Source: Actinomycetota bacterium (GTDB lineage: Bacteria > Actinomycetota > Actinomycetes > S36-B12 > UBA5976). From it: DNA of 40,756 nucleotides. The stretch is from the NCBI GenBank assembly GCA_041181865.1, contig JBEGOT010000014.1, forward strand, positions 1 through 40,756, written 5' to 3'. A model generated the notes under the pieces. It did no database searches, was not told where the DNA came from, and saw only the letters and a list, made by a program, of their open reading frames with translations. Positions 9,141 through 16,970 of this stretch are shown one piece after another. How positions within the stretch are numbered: position 1 is the first letter of the stretch; the number at the start of each line of letters is the position of its first letter. Both the position numbers and the translations under genes were made by a program.

Positions 9141-10412
9141 TTAAACAAGTTTAAATTCGGTTGCCCCACCTAGGAATGGCTGTAATGCAGTTGGAATACG
9201 AACTGAACCATCTGCCTGTTGATGGTTTTCAAGTAATGCCACGATCGTTCTAGTAATCGCACAAAGTGTTCCGTTAAGAGTTGCAATTGGTTCAACACCT
9301 TCAGTTCCGCGAGCACGAATACGTAAACGTCGTGATTGGAAAGTTGTGCAGTTAGAAGTCGAAGTTACTTCGCGGTAACGCTCTTGTGATGGAACCCAGG
9401 CTTCGCAGTCGAATTTGCGTGAAGCACTTGAACCAAGATCGCCTGTTGCCACATCAATCACTCGATATGGAATTTCGAGTGCTTGCATGAATTCTTCTTC
9501 GAATGCAAGTAAACGTTCATGTTCTGCTTTTGCTTCATCAACGCCACAGAAAGAAAACATTTCAACTTTGTCGAACCAGTGCACCCGGAAAATACCGCGA
9601 GTATCTTTACCGTGACTGCCAGCTTCGCGCCGGTAACAAGGTGAGAAACCTACGTATCTTTTTGGAAGTGATGCACTCTCCAAAATTTCATCCATGTGAT
9701 ATGCGGCAAGTGGAACTTCAGCTGTGCCAACTAAATACATGTCATCTGCTTCTAAGCGATAAACGTTTTCCGCTGCCTGGCCTAAGAAACCGGTGCCTTC
9801 CATTGCGGCTGGCTTAACTAATGCGGGAGGAATCATTGGCATGAATCCATGTGTTTGTGCTTTAGTCATTGCAAGTTGAACTAGCGCGAATTCAAGAAGC
9901 GCACCTGGTCCAGTTAGGTAATAGAAACGGCTTCCCGAAACCTTTGCGCCACGTTCAATATCGATAGCACCGATAAGTTCACCGATTTCAACATGGTCAC
10001 GAACTACGATGCCTTCGCTTGCAAAATTACGTTTTGTGCCAACTTCGCGCAAAACTTTAAAGTCATCTTCGCCGCCAATAGGCGTGGCCTCATCGACGAC
10101 ATTACTTAAGTTCAAAACAAGCGCATCTAATTTGGCATCTGCTTCACGAACTGCTGCTTCAGTTGTTTTAACCTGTTCAGCCAATACTTTTGTTTTGGCT
10201 AACAATTCTTCTTTTTCTGCACCTTGAGCTTTTGCAACAAGGGCGCCAAGTGATTTTTGTTCAGCGCGAACTGATTCAAACTGGCCAACCGCAGCCCGAC
10301 GAATACCGTCTGCTTCAAGAACCTGATCGACCAAGCTAGTTGATTCGCCGCGAGCTTCCTGCGAGCGCTTAACAGCGTCAGGATTTTGACGGATAACGGC
10401 TAAATCAATCAT
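9141..10412 (-). CDS. serS: Serine--tRNA ligase
   Basis: 423 aa. N-terminal coiled-coil arm ([15 protein letters not shown]...) and a class II core ([47 protein letters not shown]). Confidence 0.96.
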   Translation of the reverse strand: MIDLAVIRQNPDAVKRSQEARGESTSLVDQVLEADGIRRAAVGQFESVRAEQKSLGALVAKAQGAEKEELLAKTKVLAEQVKTTEAAVREADAKLDALVLNLSNVVDEATPIGGEDDFKVLREVGTKRNFASEGIVVRDHVEIGELIGAIDIERGAKVSGSRFYYLTGPGALLEFALVQLAMTKAQTHGFMPMIPPALVKPAAMEGTGFLGQAAENVYRLEADDMYLVGTAEVPLAAYHMDEILESASLPKRYVGFSPCYRREAGSHGKDTRGIFRVHWFDKVEMFSFCGVDEAKAEHERLLAFEEEFMQALEIPYRVIDVATGDLGSSASRKFDCEAWVPSQERYREVTSTSNCTTFQSRRLRIRARGTEGVEPIATLNGTLCAITRTIVALLENHQQADGSVRIPTALQPFLGGATEFKLV

Positions 10413-10537
10413 GGGTTAAGGCTACCGAATCAAGCGCCAAGATGATTAATCTGAAAAATTATTCAGAATCGGGCCAACCCCGATAACATCGATTCTGCAT
10501 CTAGTGCTTAACGAAGCAGAAATACGAGGCCACCTAA

Positions 10538-11038
10538 TTGGATATGAACTGGTTGACTCCGAAGGCGCAAGCTCGCCCAGCCGGAGAAAAAGGTTGGGGA
10601 AGTTTTGCAGTTGAAAAGATTTCAGCCGGTGAAACCGTAGGCGGATTTGGTGGCTGGTGTGTCACTCGCGAAATGTTAGATCAGCTATCTGATGACCGTC
10701 GTCATCGCTCAATCCAAGTTGATGAAGATTTATATCTAGTTTCAAAAGATGAACGTGAACCTGGTGATTGTTTTAATCACTCGTGCGATCCTAATTGTGG
10801 CCTAATGGGCAGTTCTCTTTTGGTAGCAATGCGCGATATTGAAATTGGCGATGAACTTTGTTTTGATTACGCCACTTGTGACGATTCTGATTACGACGAA
10901 TTTAAATGTAGTTGCGGAACTTCTGAATGCCGCGGCACAGTGACTGGTTTGGACTGGAAGCTTCCGGCACTTCATAAAAAATATGAAGGTTGGTTTTCTG
11001 CATATTTGGCTAAACGCATTAAAAAAGAATTTCTTTGA
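10538..11038 (+). CDS. SET domain-containing protein (putative protein-lysine N-methyltransferase)
   Basis: 166 aa with GWGSFA, the NHSCDPN motif, ELCFDY, and a post-SET-like CSCGTSEC cysteine cluster. TTG start at 10538 lies 8 nt after GAGG; the alternative ATG is at 10544. Confidence 0.8.
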   Translation: MDMNWLTPKAQARPAGEKGWGSFAVEKISAGETVGGFGGWCVTREMLDQLSDDRRHRSIQVDEDLYLVSKDEREPGDCFNHSCDPNCGLMGSSLLVAMRDIEIGDELCFDYATCDDSDYDEFKCSCGTSECRGTVTGLDWKLPALHKKYEGWFSAYLAKRIKKEFL

Positions 11039-11046
11039 CGTTTTAA

Positions 11047-11766
11047 TTAGCCAACAGTTGCGATTACAACTAGTCCTTTTTCTACTTCTAAGTTGACTCG
11101 ATCTTCGCGGAAATCAAACGCTGTGGTGAATACTTCATCATCGCGGCGAGTTATCCGAGCCTTTAAACCTAGTGTTTCGATTTTGGCAATTGCATCGGTG
11201 ACATCTTGACCAACGACAGCTTTAGCAACATCTTCAGTACTTAATACAGCCGTTGGATAAACTTGTTCAACAGCAGGATTCTTGCTGTCTAGATGTGTGC
11301 TGTAACGATCCACAGCTTGTTTTAAATCTTGATCTTTGATTTCAAGTGACCAACCAATTGGGATGACGATGATCACCATTGCAATCACATGCATGATCGC
11401 TAGACCTAGGCGAACACCTAAATCGACATTTGGCAAAGTTAAAGCGCCATATAGTGATGCAATCCCAACACCAAATCCAATAATCAGCCACCAAATTTTT
11501 GGACCGATTACTGATTTAGCTAAAAGATTTGCGCCAAATGTTCCCAGGATTCCGGCTATAGAGGTGGCTGAGATTACCCGAACATCAGTTGCACTAATCA
11601 GTTCAGTAGTTGAAAAGTATTTTGGAACTAATAGATCCCAATTGAAAACCTGATTGCATAAATAAAGCCAACCGTAATTGGCAAGAGCTGCGAAAGCCGT
11701 TGCGCCAACACCATAAGTCCAAATGCGCCATGCCGGTGGGGTTACTTGTCGAGCAAGCTTTGCCAT
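11047..11766 (-). CDS. Membrane protein with a C-terminal peptidase-inhibitor I78-like domain
   Basis: 239 aa. About four predicted TM helices in the first 140 aa. The C-terminus VVGQDVTDAIAKIETLGLKARITRRDDEVFTTAFDFREDRVNLEVEKGLVVIATVG resembles the I78 inhibitor family pattern (vGq...vRvi.pg..vTmDyr.dRlnv.vd..g.v..v..G). The assignment comes from recalled motifs only. Confidence 0.6.
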   Translation of the reverse strand: MAKLARQVTPPAWRIWTYGVGATAFAALANYGWLYLCNQVFNWDLLVPKYFSTTELISATDVRVISATSIAGILGTFGANLLAKSVIGPKIWWLIIGFGVGIASLYGALTLPNVDLGVRLGLAIMHVIAMVIIVIPIGWSLEIKDQDLKQAVDRYSTHLDSKNPAVEQVYPTAVLSTEDVAKAVVGQDVTDAIAKIETLGLKARITRRDDEVFTTAFDFREDRVNLEVEKGLVVIATVG

Positions 11767-11799
11767 TGATTGCCTCCATGGTTAGCCCGAGTGATTGTG

Positions 11800-11886
11800 C
11801 GGCGAGGGAGGGATTTGAACCCCCGGAGGCTTTGACACCTCAGACGCTTTCAAGGCGCCCGCATTAGTCCGCTCTGCCACCTCGCC
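11800..11886 (-). tRNA. tRNA-Ser, anticodon TGA
   Basis: Hand-folded cloverleaf on the minus strand. Acceptor stem GGCGAGG/CCTCGCC. Anticodon stem-loop GGCGC-CTTGAAA-GCGTC. Long variable arm (TGAGGTGTCAAAGCCTCC). T-arm GGGGG-TTCAAAT-CCCTC. Discriminator G. CCA is not encoded. Confidence 0.9.
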
Positions 11887-11944
11887 CGACTATTAAATAG
11901 TCACGTGCAAGATTACGCGAACCAAATAAATAAGGGAAATTCGC

Positions 11945-12805
11945 TTAGTTTTCCCGCCATAGCGGTCTGGTTAAACATGTTGGACCGCCTTCGCCACGGT
12001 TAATGACACTTGCTGGATAGGTATGTACTTCTACTCCAGCATCTTTAAGGCGCTTTTCAGTAATTGGGTTGCCATCTGGCATAACCACAACACCTGGCTT
12101 AATGGCTAGCACATTGCATGCAAGTGACAAATACTCTTCTTCTGGCACAGAGACTGTATTTATGCCACGAGCTTCTAATTCTTGAAGCAGGGTTATCGGT
12201 GCTTCTTTTTCATAAACCACAGCTAAGTCATCTCGCACAGGTGAAATAACACTCATCATGTGTAAACAAAATTCTGGACCTAAAGCGTGTGGCATGTGAA
12301 ATGTAACAACATCAATTCTGTCTTGAGCAAAGATTGCTCGAAGTTGTTTTTCGCCTTCGGCATTTGTGCGATAAGTGCGACCAAGGCCGATGGTTTTTGA
12401 ATCAAGCCAGAACATGTCGCCACCATCAGCTGTAGCGCCACCTGTTAAAACGCCAACCGTTGGAATTCCTATTGCATTCAAATCACCTGCAAGAAGTGCT
12501 GGTTCTTTTTTACGTGCATCTTTTGCGCCTTGAAATTGCACCACACCACTTGGAATCACAAAGGCAGGGTCGTAGGTAAAAATCGCATCTGGTTGTCCTG
12601 GCGCTTCAGGCAATACTTCAACGTCGCAGCCAAGATCACGAAGTAATTGAACGAAAATTCCATGGTCGCGAATCAGCGCATCTAAATCTAAATCTTCGGG
12701 CGCACCTAACCAGTGGGCAGCTTCATAATCAGCATCGCGAGTTGGTGTTCTAACTGCTACGCGCTTCAAAGTTGCAACTGATGAACTTACACCGAAATGT
12801 TTCAT
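11945..12805 (-). CDS. Amidinotransferase-fold enzyme (dimethylarginine dimethylaminohydrolase / arginine deiminase-like family)
   Basis: 286 aa with GGDMFWLD, GRTYRTN, and a C-terminal catalytic-Cys context GEGGPTCLTRPL typical of guanidino-group modifying enzymes. Confidence 0.75.
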   Translation of the reverse strand: MKHFGVSSSVATLKRVAVRTPTRDADYEAAHWLGAPEDLDLDALIRDHGIFVQLLRDLGCDVEVLPEAPGQPDAIFTYDPAFVIPSGVVQFQGAKDARKKEPALLAGDLNAIGIPTVGVLTGGATADGGDMFWLDSKTIGLGRTYRTNAEGEKQLRAIFAQDRIDVVTFHMPHALGPEFCLHMMSVISPVRDDLAVVYEKEAPITLLQELEARGINTVSVPEEEYLSLACNVLAIKPGVVVMPDGNPITEKRLKDAGVEVHTYPASVINRGEGGPTCLTRPLWREN

Positions 12806-12841
12806 GCACTCATCTTCTCGGACACCTCGCCCAAAGACAAC

Positions 12842-14605
12842 TTAGGCAACTGGCAAAATTGCTTCGATTTCTATACCGCCAGAATCTAGATTGCGACGCT
12901 TAACGCCCAAAGTTTGTTGCGCAGACATTTGACTCCCTAAGCCTGGTTTCGGATTAAGACCAAAATGTGCACCGTTATTCGTGAAAACGACTTTGATTGA
13001 ATTATCGCTGAAACGACTTACGTTTATATTTCCTCGACTTGCCTTACCGTGTTTAACAGAATTTGTCGCAAATTCAGCAAAGATATCATTAAGTGCATAA
13101 CTGCAAACTGAATCCTTCGAGATTAATTCTTCTACATCACTTGGAATTTCAAGATGAATTCTAAATACTCCATCCCAAATTTCATTCAAGTTTCTTATTG
13201 ATTCTGACGGTACGGTTGACTTTGGTACTGCAACCAAGTTGCTAGTCAACAATTTTAAGTTTTCTTTGAGCATATGTTTTGCCTCGGGATTATTTTCAGA
13301 AATTTCCTTCTGAAATTTCAAGGCAGTTGAAATCAATTTTCCTTGAACGTCTCTGTGCACAACCGAAGCTAAATGCTGTCTTTCTGTCCATAGCTGAGAA
13401 CCCAAACGAGCATTAATCCAAGTAAGGTTTTTAACACTTTCTTCCAGCGAACTTAAAACTTCTGATCGAGATTCTTTAACTCCATAGAAAATTGCGATGA
13501 TCCAACAAAGGATGATGGAAAGTAATCCAATATAAAAATCAGATCCATCTGTTTTCACTATGCCAAATGCTTCTGTAATAAATTTTAAGTCAACGATAAT
13601 TTTGTGCAGAAACCAAAAAATTAATGAGGCAACAACTACATGTAGCAAAATTGAACTCTTGGACAATATTGGTGTGATAAATTTCTTCGCCGCAAACATA
13701 AAAATAAACAGCGATGTTAGTAGTAGAGCAAGTGCTATAAATGCTTGAGTTGTATTTTCCGTTCCGAATAGAGTATTGCCAACTAATAATCCAAATGCAA
13801 TTCCAATTAATGGAATTGGGTGGAATGGATTAAGTGCTGAAAGAACTAATACTCGTCTACTGCTTACGTTTCTTGGATTCTCGATTTCTTGGAATTTAGG
13901 AAACTGATATTCACTCTCAAAAAGTTCATGACTTAGCGGTCTAACTACCTGATCGGAGACTCGGATCAGTTCCTGGACCACCGACTGTTCGTCACCGCCA
14001 GTTTTACTTGAACTAAAAACTGAAGCTGCGAGGGCGGAATCAATTGCCACTTTTATTTTTGAAATTATTTCGTACTTGATTTCAATTAAATCAGTTTCAT
14101 TTATCCGGGTTGATTGGCGTAAGTTTTCTTGCGTATTAATAAGTTTGCTCAAATTTTCTTTGTATTTACGATTGTTATTTAGAATTATCGACACAACACC
14201 AAATAAAGTTAAGCCGGTTACGCCACCAGCGACTACTCGATAACTCCAATCCATAGAAATTTCAGGATTGATTTTTGTTATGGAAAAACCAACAAATATC
14301 GCACGGACCATCTCTGTTGTGAAAAACAAAATTGCTACCAGGATGGTGCGAAAAAGAGAGGGCTTCTTAGCTACTACATTTATTAGAAAGGCAAAAAACA
14401 AGAAATAAATGGTTCCCAGTGCTAGTGATTGATATGCAACACCAGTCATCGCTTGGAACGCTAAGGGCTGACTTGGCAATTCATTAAAAGCTGTGCCTAT
14501 GGAAAGAAGTGCCAGAACGGAAATAGCCATAACTGGACTTGTGCAAGCTGGACCAGCAAAGTCTTGGCCGAAATTGCTAAATCGGGATTTGACTTGAAAG
14601 TTCAA
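12842..14605 (-). CDS. Polytopic (about 8 TM) sensor histidine kinase, HisKA_3-like H-box plus HATPase_c
   Basis: 587 aa. Two blocks of about 4 TM helices are separated by a coiled-coil-like segment of about 110 aa. H-box-like ERQHLASVVHRDVQGKL, N-box ATNSVKHG, and G-box GLGSQM near the C-terminus. The DNA is markedly AT-rich compared with its neighbours. Confidence 0.7.
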   Translation of the reverse strand: MNFQVKSRFSNFGQDFAGPACTSPVMAISVLALLSIGTAFNELPSQPLAFQAMTGVAYQSLALGTIYFLFFAFLINVVAKKPSLFRTILVAILFFTTEMVRAIFVGFSITKINPEISMDWSYRVVAGGVTGLTLFGVVSIILNNNRKYKENLSKLINTQENLRQSTRINETDLIEIKYEIISKIKVAIDSALAASVFSSSKTGGDEQSVVQELIRVSDQVVRPLSHELFESEYQFPKFQEIENPRNVSSRRVLVLSALNPFHPIPLIGIAFGLLVGNTLFGTENTTQAFIALALLLTSLFIFMFAAKKFITPILSKSSILLHVVVASLIFWFLHKIIVDLKFITEAFGIVKTDGSDFYIGLLSIILCWIIAIFYGVKESRSEVLSSLEESVKNLTWINARLGSQLWTERQHLASVVHRDVQGKLISTALKFQKEISENNPEAKHMLKENLKLLTSNLVAVPKSTVPSESIRNLNEIWDGVFRIHLEIPSDVEELISKDSVCSYALNDIFAEFATNSVKHGKASRGNINVSRFSDNSIKVVFTNNGAHFGLNPKPGLGSQMSAQQTLGVKRRNLDSGGIEIEAILPVA

Positions 14606-14740
14606 AATATCCCGGCCTCATTATCTTCTTATTCCGAGAGTTAAATACTTTGTTCATTATTCTTTCAATTACAGCAATCGACAAATTATCAAAGACTTTT
14701 TCGCCATATCTTGAAATATTGGGTAATCTCTCTTAAGTCT

Positions 14741-14829
14741 GGAGATGTCGCATAGCCCGGTCGAGTGCGCCTCACTGCTAATGAGGTAAGGGGTAAAACC
14801 CTTCGGAGGTTCAAATCCTCTCATCTCCG
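14741..14829 (+). tRNA. tRNA-Ser, anticodon GCT
   Basis: Hand-folded. Acceptor stem GGAGATG/CATCTCC. Anticodon stem-loop CCTCA-CTGCTAA-TGAGG. Long variable arm (TAAGGGGTAAAACCCTTC). T-arm GGAGG-TTCAAAT-CCTCT. Discriminator G. Confidence 0.92.
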
Positions 14830-14835
14830 CTCAAT

Positions 14836-14867
14836 AAAAATGTCTACTCGTATGAGTAGACATTTTT
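14836..14867. terminator. Bidirectional intrinsic terminator shared by tRNA-Ser(GCT) and the convergent reductase gene
   Basis: Perfect 14-bp palindrome aaaaatgtctactc / gagtagacattttt with a gtat loop. It has A5 on one side and T5 on the other. Confidence 0.85.
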
Positions 14868-14889
14868 ATTTACTGGGTTTTCCCGATAC

Positions 14890-16122
14890 TTAACTAAATG
14901 GTGGTCGATGGTCGGCTTTAACTGAAATTGAACCTGCAGACCGCCAAAGCCTGGCGGTTAAGTCTTTATCTTCCTCAGTAACTAGATTTCCCATCACTCG
15001 AAGTGCCACTTTCATTAGTGTGCGAGAGCGCATTCCTATTGGACCAAGAGTTGGTAATAATCCAGGAACAGTTAGGTAACCAGCAAGTCTTCGGGCGATG
15101 GAAAAAGCAATCCCATATTGCTTTTGCAATAGATTTGCCCAGCTAGTTTCAAAACTATTTTCATATTTCAAAAGTTCAACAGCTAACCGACCGGTTTCTA
15201 ATCCGTAGTCGATACCTTCGCCATTTAATGGGTTAACGCAGCCTGCAGCATCGCCAATAAACATGAAGTTCTTGCCACCAACACCGCTAACGGCGCCACC
15301 CATTGGCAGCATCGCAGACCACGGCAAACGCAGCTCACCTTGAAGTTTCCAATTTTCACGTTGCTCTTCGGTGTATTGAGACATTAATGCGCGAAGATTT
15401 ATATCTGCTGGTCGTTTCTGAGTGGCAAGTGTGCCAACACCAATATTTACTTCACCATTACCTTGCGGAAATATCCAGCCATAACCCGAAAGTACTTCGT
15501 TTTGCGTCCCACGCAATTCAAGATGCGAAGAAATCCATGGATCATCATGGCGTTCACTATTTATATATGCCCTTGCGGCTACACCGTATGCAGTATCGCG
15601 GTGCCATACCCGATTTAACTTTCGACCCAGTTGGGAGCGAACGCCATCTGCAATAATCACTTGCTTTGCTTGATACTGGATTACTTCATCGCCTGATTTA
15701 GCAATGACAGTATTTATAGCGCCATTTTGTAGTTCAACATCCTGGGCAGCAACACCTTCGTGAACTTCAGCGCCAGATTGTTTAGCCACTTTAAGAATTT
15801 GGTTATCTAGTTCAGTTCGGGGAACAGCACTGCCCCACTCGGGCAATGAAGGACTTTTCCATGGCAGGAGCAATTCTTGACCAAACCCAGCAGCACGAAG
15901 TCCAATATTTTTTGGTTTTGTTGATAACCAATCAGCTAATCCAAGTGAAGTTAATTCTTTAACTGCTCTTGGTGTTAAACCGTCACCGCAGGGTTTGTCT
16001 CGCGGAAATTTTTCTTTATCGATGATCGTGGTTTGGATTCCACTTCGCGCCGCCCAAGTGGCAGCACTACTGCCAGCAGGTCCAGCCCCGACAACTAATA
16101 ATTCTGTTTCAACTTTGCGCAC
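14890..16122 (-). CDS. Geranylgeranyl reductase family FAD-dependent oxidoreductase (MenJ-like)
   Basis: 410 aa. N-terminal Rossmann motif LLVVGAGPAGSSAA and family-typical CGDGLTPRA and GDAAGCVNPLNGEGI. The GTG start lies 3 nt after the upp stop codon. Confidence 0.85.
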   Translation of the reverse strand: MRKVETELLVVGAGPAGSSAATWAARSGIQTTIIDKEKFPRDKPCGDGLTPRAVKELTSLGLADWLSTKPKNIGLRAAGFGQELLLPWKSPSLPEWGSAVPRTELDNQILKVAKQSGAEVHEGVAAQDVELQNGAINTVIAKSGDEVIQYQAKQVIIADGVRSQLGRKLNRVWHRDTAYGVAARAYINSERHDDPWISSHLELRGTQNEVLSGYGWIFPQGNGEVNIGVGTLATQKRPADINLRALMSQYTEEQRENWKLQGELRLPWSAMLPMGGAVSGVGGKNFMFIGDAAGCVNPLNGEGIDYGLETGRLAVELLKYENSFETSWANLLQKQYGIAFSIARRLAGYLTVPGLLPTLGPIGMRSRTLMKVALRVMGNLVTEEDKDLTARLWRSAGSISVKADHRPPFS

Positions 16123-16125
16123 TAG

Positions 16126-16764
16126 CTAAACAACACCGAATAATCGGTCACCAGCGTCGCCAAGGCCAGGAACGATATAGCCCTTTTCATTTAATTTTTG
16201 ATCAAGTGCGCCGGTAACAATTGTGATATCTACTTCTTTACCTTCAAAAGCTTTTTCAACTGCGGCAATTCCTTCAGGTGCGCTAAGCAATGTGATTGCA
16301 ACAATTTTGTTTGCTCCACGCTCTAACATAAGTTCAATTGCCGAAATTAGAGTTCCGCCAGTTGCCAACATTGGATCTAATAAAAACACTTGACGACCAC
16401 GAAGATTTCCAGGAATACGATCTGCATATATAGAAGCAGTTAAAGTTTCTTCGTCGCGAACCATTCCAAGGAATCCAACTTCAGATGTTGGAAGAAGGCG
16501 GGTCATACCTTCGAGCATTCCAAGACCTGCACGCAAAATTGGAATAACAACTGGTGTTGGCTGGCTTAATTTAAGTCCCGTTGTTTCTGTTACAGGGGTT
16601 TTAATTTTTACCGATTCGGTACGAATATCGCGCGTTGCCTCGTAGGCCAACAAAGTTACAAGCTCTTCGGCAAGTTGGCGGAACGTCGGCGAAGGAGTTT
16701 TTTCATCGCGAAGGCTTGTTAATTTATGAGAAATTAGCGGGTGATCGGTAATGAGAATGCGCAC
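16126..16764 (-). CDS. upp: Uracil phosphoribosyltransferase
   Basis: 212 aa with a GTG start. Family-typical ILRAGLGM and the PRPP-binding loop [12 protein letters not shown]-terminal [15 protein letters not shown]. Confidence 0.95.
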   Translation of the reverse strand: MRILITDHPLISHKLTSLRDEKTPSPTFRQLAEELVTLLAYEATRDIRTESVKIKTPVTETTGLKLSQPTPVVIPILRAGLGMLEGMTRLLPTSEVGFLGMVRDEETLTASIYADRIPGNLRGRQVFLLDPMLATGGTLISAIELMLERGANKIVAITLLSAPEGIAAVEKAFEGKEVDITIVTGALDQKLNEKGYIVPGLGDAGDRLFGVV

Positions 16765-16970
16765 AGTCCAAGATTACGCCGAGTTAATTTTCTTTTTTGC
16801 TGCGCTAGATCGCTATGTTACGGGTGTTACTCATGTGACTTTGTGATTATTTCATCTTGGTCACATTATGGTTAACACCCCGACCGCCTGCACGGTTAGT
16901 CAGGGCCACAACTTAAACTCATGAGTAGCAATGTGATTCTCACAAAGTTAATTAAGAGAGGAGCCCATCT

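Noticed and set aside
10413-10537. Possible T-box leader for serS, because the minus strand contains a UAGGUGGCC string resembling the T-box UGGN core.
   Set aside because: The string lies at the distal 5' end of the 125-nt gap and overlaps the ribosome-binding site of the SET gene. A T-box sequence should lie 3' of a specifier stem. There is no room for Stem I with a Ser specifier codon, and no terminator or antiterminator pair flanks it.
11888-11902. Palindrome gactattAaatagtc immediately upstream of tRNA-Ser(TGA), considered as a terminator for the amidinotransferase-fold gene.
   Set aside because: The loop would be only 1 nt, leaving an effective stem of about 5 AT-rich bp, and no T-run follows. 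It is too weak to call a terminator. It may belong to the tRNA promoter region, but I cannot support a specific call.
11800-14829. Possible integrative element or prophage remnant between the two tRNA-Ser genes.
   Set aside because: There is no integrase, recombinase, excisionase or phage gene, and I could find no duplicated tRNA 3' segment or flanking direct repeat. Only the kinase gene is compositionally deviant. I kept it as a compositional-island observation, not as a mobile element call.
16828-16927. Purine / 2'-deoxyguanosine riboswitch upstream of the nucleoside transporter, given a three-way junction of the right size.
   Set aside because: The junction sequences do not match the purine-riboswitch consensus (no UAUAAU J1/2, no conserved loop-loop nucleotides, and a 20-nt P2 loop instead of 7 nt). 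I report it only as an unclassified candidate structure.
16842-16944. CRP/GlxR-type operator (TGTGA-N6-TCACA).
   Set aside because: The half-sites are present but the spacings are wrong: 3 nt at 16932-16944 and 14 nt at 16842-16865, against the canonical 6 nt. A CRP-family site cannot be claimed.
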